A stretch of DNA of 22,499 bases from a virus. Below the pieces are notes generated by a model. The model saw only the letters and a list, made by a program, of their open reading frames with translations. It was not told where the DNA came from and did no database searches. The DNA is taken from the IMG/VR virus record IMGVR_UViG_3300048080_000333. The stretch is one strand, 5' to 3'. Positions 6,372-11,955 of this stretch are shown piece after piece; the first letter of the stretch is position 1, and each line of letters starts with the position of its first letter. A program made the translations under genes and the position numbers.

Positions 6372-6509
6372 GATGTGTCGCCGAAGTGGCACTAGTCCCG
6401 TGCAGTAGCCCGAGCGACCGGGTTGCGGGACGCCAAGAACACCGCAGCACGAATGGTCGGGGTGAGGATGCCTATGGGGTCCTTGCCCCGACGTAACAGG
6501 AGTGGAGAC

Positions 6510-6677
6510 GTGACGAAGCCAAAGGTTCGGTCGCCAATCGCTCCACCCGCGACCGTTGTCGTTCCCAAAAAGATGGCGAAGATCGCTGGCGTATCGCGTC
6601 GGCAAATCTTGCCCTTCGTGTCGGTTCAGGTGATTGGGCCGACGGGTAAGCGGAGAATGGAGAAGCGACCGAAATGA
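6510..6677 (+). CDS. Small basic protein, 55 aa
   Basis: SD AGGAGTGGAG; GTG start; ATGA overlap with next ORF. Confidence 0.55.
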   Translation: MTKPKVRSPIAPPATVVVPKKMAKIAGVSRRQILPFVSVQVIGPTGKRRMEKRPK

Positions 6678-6820
6678 ACAACAACAAAGTTTACAAGAAG
6701 AAAATCATTGGATGGAAGATCGGACGCGCGGGAGGCGGGGGAACTGCAATCGGACAGGGCACTCTTGGTGGAGTAACCGACCCTGGAATTTTCGGCGCGT
6801 GGATCCGCAAAAATTCATAG
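6674..6820 (+). CDS. Small Lys/Gly-rich protein, 48 aa (absent from ORF track)
   Basis: ATGA coupling; MNNNKVYKKKIIGWKIGRAGGGGTAIGQGTLGGVTDPGIFGAWIRKNS; stop abuts tRNA. Confidence 0.5.
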   Translation: MNNNKVYKKKIIGWKIGRAGGGGTAIGQGTLGGVTDPGIFGAWIRKNS

Positions 6821-6893
6821 GCCCTTAGCGCAACAGTAGAGCGCCTGTCTTACACACAGGAGGTTGCAGGGGCGGAACCTGCAGGGCCTACCA
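6819..6893 (+). tRNA. tRNA-Val(TAC)
   Basis: Cloverleaf; T-loop GGCGGAA; CCA. Confidence 0.8.
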
Positions 6894-6966
6894 GATGTAT
6901 CGGGGCGAAACGACCGAGGGTGGCGGGCTTGAAGGCCCGGAGAGTAGGCGGTGCCCCGGAGATTTG

Positions 6967-7042
6967 AGCCACGAGGAGAGGCAGTTCTTCTCGCCGATCT
7001 TATACATCGGAATCGCTGGCGCAACTCCAGCCGTGGCCACCA
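6967..7042 (+). tRNA. tRNA-Ile(TAT), divergent
   Basis: CCGAT-CT TAT AC-ATCGG; D stem GAGA/TCTC; A1.C72 mismatch; A8; CCA. Confidence 0.75.
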
Positions 7043-7046
7043 AACT

Positions 7047-7122
7047 GAACCCGTAGCCCAGGAGACAGAGCGCCGGCCTGCGAAGCCGGAGGTCGGGCGT
7101 GCGAATCGCCCCGGGTTCCCCA
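7047..7122 (+). tRNA. tRNA-Arg(GCG)
   Basis: Cloverleaf; A18/G55; A20; CCA. Confidence 0.85.
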
Positions 7123-7132
7123 AAGTGTACGA

Positions 7133-7208
7133 GGGCTCGTAACTCAGTGGACAGAGTGGCTGGCTTCGAACCAGTCGGGCGGGAGTTCAAATCTCTCCGA
7201 GCCCTCCA
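7133..7208 (+). tRNA. tRNA-Arg(TCG)
   Basis: Canonical cloverleaf; CCA. Confidence 0.92.
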
Positions 7209-7215
7209 GTTTCGT

Positions 7216-7289
7216 ACCTGCCTGGTCTAAGGGTCGGACGCCTGCCTGAAGAGCAGGAGGTCGCCGTTCAACTCGGCGGACAGGTACCA
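7216..7289 (+). tRNA. tRNA-Phe(GAA)
   Basis: Cloverleaf; one acceptor mismatch; CCA. Confidence 0.85.
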
Positions 7290-7478
7290 TGTTTCGAAGC
7301 ATCGGGGCGACGTCGACGGAGTCGAGGGCTTGCCTTTACAAAAGGCGCGGTCTAGTGGTTCCCCGATAGTGGGCGTGACGGCACGGTCGGCCGACCGTTG
7401 AGGTGCCGTCGCCAAGGGTGTGCAGGGGTCGGGGCCGCCCATTTGTACTGACAATGTAGGGACATGTCAATATCTATT

Positions 7479-7508
7479 TTGACAATGTACCGACAGTGTG
7501 GGTACAAT
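7479..7508 (+). promoter_or_regulatory. sigma70-type promoter inside the tRNA array, with overlapping GACA(A/G)TGT repeats
   Basis: TTGACA(7479-7484)-N18-TACAAT(7503-7508); TGACAATGTA at 7449 and 7480. Confidence 0.8.
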
Positions 7509-7527
7509 AAACACATCGAAAACGTTT

Positions 7528-7603
7528 CGGCCCGTAGTTCAGCAGAAAGAACGGCGCGTTCCTAACGCGCATGTCGGGTGTGCAAATCACCCCGGGCCGT
7601 CCA
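7528..7603 (+). tRNA. tRNA-Arg(CCT)
   Basis: Cloverleaf; A18/G55; CCA. Confidence 0.88.
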
Positions 7604-7611
7604 AGTTTCAA

Positions 7612-7687
7612 GGACCTCTGGCGCAACGAGTGGCGCAGGTGCCTCTTAAGCACAAGGATCCGGGTGCGAATCCCGGGAGGTCCTCCA
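7612..7687 (+). tRNA. tRNA-Lys(CTT)
   Basis: Cloverleaf; A18/G55; CCA. Confidence 0.88.
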
Positions 7688-7691
7688 GACG

Positions 7692-7767
7692 CGCGGGTGT
7701 AGTGGACCAGTACCATTCTAGGCTCATACCCTAGAGGTAGGCCGTGCAATTCGGCCCCCCGCAACCA
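7692..7767 (+). tRNA. tRNA-Met(CAT), initiator-like
   Basis: CGCGGG.../...CCCGCA A CCA with C1.A72 mismatch; only two of the three G-C anticodon-stem pairs. Confidence 0.75.
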
Positions 7768-7772
7768 AATAC

Positions 7773-7859
7773 GGAAAGATGCCGGAGAGGCTGAACGGGC
7801 CGTCCTGCTAAGACGGTGGCCGATGAGGCTCGCAGGTTCGAATCCTGCTCTTTCCGCCA
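7773..7859 (+). tRNA. tRNA-Ser(GCT)
   Basis: Cloverleaf, long variable arm, G73, CCA. Confidence 0.92.
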
Positions 7860-8080
7860 AATGTGGGGGTTGGGAGACGCTCCGCGCCTCCGCTCCCATA
7901 CGTCCGCACTCGGGAGTCCTGCTCGGGGCGCGCGCCCCTGCTACTAGAGACGGACGATTGAGGCCACCACCGAAGGCAGGATCACCGCGGATGGGTGGTG
8001 GCCATTTCCTTCATCGAGTATATAACTAGATTTCGTCTCGGTTATATACTGATCTCTTAGGTTGCCTTGGAACGTTACGC

Positions 8081-8156
8081 AGGGGCGTCGTTCAGTGGCC
8101 CAGGATGCTGGCCTCCAAACCCAGCGACGTGGGTTCGAATCCCACCGACCCTGCCA
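8081..8156 (+). tRNA. tRNA-Trp(CCA)
   Basis: Cloverleaf; G73; CCA. Confidence 0.9.
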
Positions 8157-8163
8157 AGATTTC

Positions 8164-8239
8164 TGCCCCGTGGCGCAATTAGCGGCGCGGCTCCTTCATA
8201 CGGAGATGGTTGTCGGTGCAAAGCCGACCGGGGCGACCA
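8164..8239 (+). tRNA. tRNA-Met(CAT), elongator-like (Ile2 not excluded)
   Basis: Cloverleaf; A18/G55; CCA. Confidence 0.8.
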
Positions 8240-8244
8240 AACAT

Positions 8245-8315
8245 GCCGTCGTCCCCCGTGGGGAATCCGAGCCTGTACCTCGGATGGTCGCGTTAGACTC
8301 GCGGAGGCGGCTCCA
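8245..8315 (+). tRNA. Non-canonical tRNA-Thr(TGT) with minimal D-arm and 7-bp anticodon stem
   Basis: GCCGTC/GGCGGC-T-CCA; ATCCGAG-CC TGT AC-CTCGGAT; T-arm TCGCG-TTAGACT-CGCGG. Confidence 0.6.
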
Positions 8316-8355
8316 GATTTGTCCGAAGAATGTAGTAAACTTCGGACAAAAGCAT

Positions 8356-8430
8356 CGGGGAGTGGCGCAGTAGGAGCGCAAGCGCCTTGGAAGCGCGAGG
8401 TCCCAGGTGCAAATCCTGGTTCCCCGACCA
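8356..8430 (+). tRNA. tRNA-Pro(TGG)
   Basis: Cloverleaf; C1-G72; A37; A18/G55; CCA. Confidence 0.88.
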
Positions 8431-8439
8431 ATAGAACGA

Positions 8440-8514
8440 GCCGGCGTAGTTCAGCAACAGAACGCCGCCCCCGTAAGGCGGATGTCCCTGGTGTGAGTCC
8501 AGGCGTCGGCTCCA
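8440..8514 (+). tRNA. tRNA-Thr(CGT)
   Basis: Cloverleaf; C33; A18A19 with G55U56; CCA. Confidence 0.82.
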
Positions 8515-8658
8515 AGTGCGCTTACCCTTCGGGGAATAGCGCAGGAGCCTCGGTTTCGGCCGAGGCCGTCGGGAACTCGTCTTGCGCCTTTGGCGCCAGG
8601 GGACGGGTAGGAAGCGAAGTGGGCGGGCCGCTTTCACTCTTGACCACAGGAGGCGGTA

Positions 8659-8760
8659 ATGACATGGGTAGACGTAGCCTTCTGGCAGGGACTGGCCCAG
8701 GACGCCGTTACGCTAGTGGTGGCGGTGTGGTACTTGGTCCAGCGTCGACGACATAAATAA
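8659..8760 (+). CDS. 33-aa single-TM peptide, type I toxin-like (absent from ORF track)
   Basis: SD AGGAGG; MTWVDVAFWQGLAQDAVTLVVAVWYLVQRRRHK. Confidence 0.6.
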   Translation: MTWVDVAFWQGLAQDAVTLVVAVWYLVQRRRHK

Positions 8761-8842
8761 TTGGACAGAGATGCAGGATGGATCGGGTTAAGAGAATCCC
8801 GGCTGGTGTGACATAGGCGTCTGCCACCCTGCTCAGTTTCGA

Positions 8843-8917
8843 GCCTCTGTAGTTCAGTGGCAGAACGCTCCCTCGGTAGGGGAGATGTCGGGCGTTCGAT
8901 TCGTCCCTGGGGCTCCA
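8843..8917 (+). tRNA. tRNA-Thr(GGT)
   Basis: Cloverleaf; C33; G38; CCA. Confidence 0.88.
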
Positions 8918-8925
8918 GATGACGT

Positions 8926-9000
8926 GGGCTGGTAGCGTAGTGGGAACGCGCCACGATGGCATCGTGGAAATCGCGGGTTCGAATCCCGCCCGGTCCACCA
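8926..9000 (+). tRNA. tRNA-Ala(GGC)
   Basis: Cloverleaf; G3.U70; CCA. Confidence 0.93.
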
Positions 9001-9307
9001 GAAACATCCGACAAGCATCCGAGGATGTGGTTGAAATGGGGAGTTGCTCATCGTCGCCTTCTGTGCTATCCTTGTGTGGTGGATATTGTCGGACGCGAAG
9101 ATCAGATTTCGATAGGTAGCAATAGGAGGGGCGGTTTGCGCTCGCGGCCTCTACCGCTACCTCAATGGCGGAATCCCTGGGGTTACGCCGCAGATTAGGG
9201 ACGCCCTCCTATTTTCGTCTTCGGCCACGTAACCGGGTAACCGGAGGGCGAGCCGATTACTCTCCGCATTCACCGGCTAACCGGAAAGAGGCGGAGGGGA
9301 TTTGCGT

Positions 9308-9384
9308 CTGGGCGTGGTGCAGCCTAGCAGCACGCACGCTTCGGGAGCGTGAGGTCGCAGGTGCGAATCCTGCCGCCCAGACCA
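9308..9384 (+). tRNA. tRNA-Pro(CGG)
   Basis: Cloverleaf; A18/G55; CCA. Confidence 0.9.
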
Positions 9385-9490
9385 GTGTGATCTCCCCCGC
9401 AACGGGTAGGGACGCCTCCCGTTGGTCGAGGGTTCTGGCCACCTACTCGGTCAGGTAAAAGGCGGCTCGGAATGGTCGGGCCGCAAATGT

Positions 9491-9566
9491 TGGGCCGTGG
9501 CGCAGTTGGTAGCGCGCCGGCATGGGGTGCCGGAGGTCGCCGGTTCGAGACCGGCTGGCCCAACCA
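9491..9566 (+). tRNA. tRNA-Pro(GGG)
   Basis: Canonical cloverleaf; CCA. Confidence 0.92.
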
Positions 9567-9573
9567 GTTTCGT

Positions 9574-9649
9574 TCCGGGAAGGTGTAACGGGTTGCACGC
9601 GCGGCTGTTACCCGCGAGGCGGCAGGTTCGAGACCTGCTCTCGGAGCCA
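9574..9649 (+). tRNA. tRNA-Asn(GTT)
   Basis: Cloverleaf; U1-A72; G73; CCA. Confidence 0.88.
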
Positions 9650-9920
9650 GTTTGAAAAACATGGGGCGATCTGCCAGAGACAGCGCGCGCCAGCGCGACT
9701 AGTCTGAGACGGCGACTCAGCCCCAGCAGAGGTAGGCCCGAGATTCGCAATCTGGGCCGAGGGCCGCCGTAGGGCCAAACTGGGCGCGGCGCGTAGGGGC
9801 GCAGGGTGGGAGCGTCCCCTTTAGAGTAGATCGGCAGATCGAGGGCGCACCGTCTCGGGGACGGTGTATTGGGACGGGATGGTGGGGCCTGTTCCTCGAC
9901 AAAAACTTAACAGCATTCGC

Positions 9921-9994
9921 GGGCTCATAGTTTAGTGACAAAACGCTGGCCTGTCACGCCAGGGTCGGGAGTTTGATTCTCCCTGGGCTCGCCA
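9921..9994 (+). tRNA. tRNA-Asp(GTC)
   Basis: Cloverleaf; A19-U56; G73; CCA. Confidence 0.88.
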
Positions 9995-9997
9995 AAT

Positions 9998-10083
9998 GTG
10001 GGCGTAGTGTAGCGGAGGCGCGAGCCAGCGCACGGAAGGCTGTGGCCCTTCCAGGTCGAGTTCAACTCTCGACGCTCACCCCA
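9998..10083 (+). tRNA. tRNA-His(GTG) with extra hairpin in the D-loop
   Basis: GAAGG-CT GTG GC-CCTTC; C73; 19-nt D-loop; CCA. Confidence 0.82.
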
Positions 10084-10090
10084 TATTCGA

Positions 10091-10164
10091 GCGGGCGTGG
10101 TGTAACAGTAGCATGAGGGCCTTCCAAGCCCTGGGCGAGGGCGCAAATCCCTCCGCTCGCTCCA
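10091..10164 (+). tRNA. tRNA-Gly(TCC)
   Basis: Cloverleaf; U73; T-loop CGCAAAT; CCA. Confidence 0.88.
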
Positions 10165-10169
10165 AGACT

Positions 10170-10243
10170 GCGGTTGTCGTCTAATAGTAGGATCGGACCT
10201 TGCCAAGGTTCGGATGACGGTGCGAATCCGTCCGGCCGCTCCA
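10170..10243 (+). tRNA. tRNA-Gly(GCC)
   Basis: Cloverleaf; U73; A18/G55; CCA. Confidence 0.88.
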
Positions 10244-10248
10244 GATAT

Positions 10249-10324
10249 GGCGTCGTAGCCCAACAGCAGAGGCACCGGCCCCAAAACCCGGACAGTGCGG
10301 GTGCAACTCCCGCAGGCGCCACCA
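10249..10324 (+). tRNA. tRNA-Leu(CAA), short variable loop
   Basis: Cloverleaf; C33; A18/G55; A73; CCA. Confidence 0.8.
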
Positions 10325-10329
10325 AGCAT

Positions 10330-10401
10330 GCCGAGATCGGGAGAGACGCCGCGTCGAAGCGACGGAACACCGTGAAATCCCCGATGCGATACTCGGCTCC
10401 A
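10330..10401 (+). ncRNA. CCA-ended, tRNA-sized structured RNA without a cloverleaf
   Basis: GCCGAG/CTCGGC-T-CCA terminal stem; ATCGGG/CCCGAT second stem; spaced like a tRNA between two tRNA-Leu genes. Confidence 0.55.
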
Positions 10402-10407
10402 ATTTGT

Positions 10408-10484
10408 GCAGGCGTGGCCCAATTGGCAGAGGCACACGCTTGAGGGGCGTGATGGTAGGAGTTCGAATCTCCTCGCCTGCACCA
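10408..10484 (+). tRNA. tRNA-Leu(GAG), short variable loop
   Basis: Cloverleaf; CCA. Confidence 0.9.
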
Positions 10485-10533
10485 GGCATACCACATGGTA
10501 TGACAAACAAGTTTGTCATACCAAAAAGATTGT

Positions 10534-10610
10534 GCCCGCGTAGCCCAATTGGTAGAGGCCGACGCCTCAGAAGCGTCGTAGTGGGAGTTCGAATCTCCCC
10601 GCCGGCACCA
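10534..10610 (+). tRNA. tRNA-Leu(CAG), short variable loop
   Basis: Cloverleaf; A37; CCA. Confidence 0.9.
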
Positions 10611-10616
10611 AGTTGT

Positions 10617-10690
10617 GCCCCCATCGTCTAGTAGCAGGATGCCACCCTCTCAAGGTGAGGACCCGGGTGCGATTCCCGGTGGGAGCACCA
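10617..10690 (+). tRNA. tRNA-Glu(CTC)
   Basis: Cloverleaf; A18/G55; CCA. Confidence 0.88.
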
Positions 10691-10751
10691 ACAAGGAAAG
10701 GATAGCCTCGATCCTGTCCTTGTGAGTGCGAGTAGGAAAGGATACGCGCGT

Positions 10752-10829
10752 GGGGTCGGTAGTTCAACTTGGGAGAACGCCTCGTTCGCACCGAGGAGGT
10801 TGCGGGTTCGAGTCCCGTCCACTCCACCA
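10752..10829 (+). tRNA. tRNA-Ala(CGC)
   Basis: G3.U70; bulged C in acceptor stem; CCA; followed by T9. Confidence 0.88.
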
Positions 10830-10853
10830 ACACTTTTTTTTTGGAGACGCACC

Positions 10854-11300
10854 ATGAAGGCTGCAGCGTGGGTTGTTTCGGCACTCGTGCTGGTATTGGC
10901 TCTCGTCATCCTGGGGTCCCGGAGCGGTGGGAGTCTGGAATCGTTCGTTGCTCGTCTCCCAGTCATCGGGAAGCCCGTGATGCCTGATGTCACGGGGGCC
11001 GTGATTGTGGAACTCTACGAGAACCCGTGCGGGGATGGACGGAATGGAGCCGTCAAAGTTCTGTCGCGGGCAGGGAAGCGCCCCCTCGTTGGTTTTTATC
11101 TGTCGGACGACCCAGAACATCCTTTTGCGGTACAAGATCGAGAAACACGTACGCTTTATCTTGACCTCAATCGGGACGGACGAGTTGACGAGATAGGAGA
11201 CGGCGCACGTACGATCTGTGATGATGTTCGCCGTGTCCCTCATCGAACGAGTCGTGCTCCAGTGATTCTTCCGGATCGGAGCCGAAAAGTCGTACTGTAA
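10854..11300 (+). CDS. Membrane-anchored or secreted protein, 148 aa
   Basis: SD GGAG; N-terminal hydrophobic helix; DLNRDGRVDE Ca-binding-like loop. Confidence 0.75.
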   Translation: MKAAAWVVSALVLVLALVILGSRSGGSLESFVARLPVIGKPVMPDVTGAVIVELYENPCGDGRNGAVKVLSRAGKRPLVGFYLSDDPEHPFAVQDRETRTLYLDLNRDGRVDEIGDGARTICDDVRRVPHRTSRAPVILPDRSRKVVL

Positions 11301-11305
11301 AGCAT

Positions 11306-11380
11306 GGCCCCGTCGTCTAGCGCCAAGGATTCTCGGCCTTCACCCGAGGGAGCAGAGTTGGATTCTCTGCGGGGCTACCA
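11306..11380 (+). tRNA. tRNA-Glu(TTC)
   Basis: Cloverleaf; C33; C19-G56; CCA. Confidence 0.82.
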
Positions 11381-11383
11381 TAT

Positions 11384-11457
11384 TGGGGAGTCGTTCAACG
11401 GCAGGATGCCGGGCTCTGAACCCGGTGATGGAAGTTCGAATCTTCCCGCCCCAACCA
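11384..11457 (+). tRNA. tRNA-Gln(CTG)
   Basis: Cloverleaf; U1-A72; CCA. Confidence 0.92.
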
Positions 11458-11474
11458 CTTTTTAAGGATTGAAT

Positions 11475-11762
11475 ATGGACATCGAGCGGATCGTTGAGCA
11501 GTTGCAAGAAGATATCTCGGAGATGCGAGTGAACGTGGCGGTGATTCGTGCAGACCTGGACAACCACGTCACGACGCTCGCCTCCGACCTCCGGTGTGTG
11601 AAGACCGACGTTCGGGGCGTTCGAGATGTCGTCGAGCGAATGGCTGGCGCGATGTCGAAGCCCGAACGAAGCAACGGTTGGCGGGCGACTTCTCTAGTGG
11701 TGTCTGGGTGGGCAGTCGGCCTCCTGATGCTGGTGTTGCAGTACCTGCTCAATAGTAAGTAG
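11475..11762 (+). CDS. Coiled-coil protein with C-terminal TM helix (XhlA-like architecture)
   Basis: SD TAAGGA; heptad pattern followed by SLVVSGWAVGLLMLVLQYLL. Confidence 0.7.
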   Translation: MDIERIVEQLQEDISEMRVNVAVIRADLDNHVTTLASDLRCVKTDVRGVRDVVERMAGAMSKPERSNGWRATSLVVSGWAVGLLMLVLQYLLNSK

Positions 11763-11766
11763 TTGT

Positions 11767-11840
11767 TGGGGTGTCGTTCAACGGCAGGACAGCAGGCTTT
11801 GAACCTGCGAATGTGGGTTCGATCCCTACCACCCCATCCA
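11767..11840 (+). tRNA. tRNA-Gln(TTG)
   Basis: Cloverleaf; U1-A72; CCA. Confidence 0.92.
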
Positions 11841-11872
11841 TCAATTCACTGTACCAGCGAATAGTAAACATT

Positions 11873-11948
11873 CCCCGGGTCGTCTAGCAGTCAGGACGCC
11901 ACTCTGATAAAGTGGAGGCCGGTGGTGCAAATCCACCCCTGGGGTCCA
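11873..11948 (+). tRNA. tRNA-Ile(GAT)
   Basis: Cloverleaf; A18/G55; U73; CCA. Confidence 0.85.
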
Positions 11949-11955
11949 GTGTCAA

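Noticed and set aside
6901-6958. Degenerate tRNA-Phe
   Set aside because: 6-nt loop, no T-arm and no CCA; kept only as an orphan structured element.
9662-9915. TPP riboswitch, RNase P RNA or SRP RNA assignment
   Set aside because: CTGAGA is present but the TPP ACCTGAT core is not; the RNase P GAGGAAAGTCC and SRP helix-8 motifs are absent.
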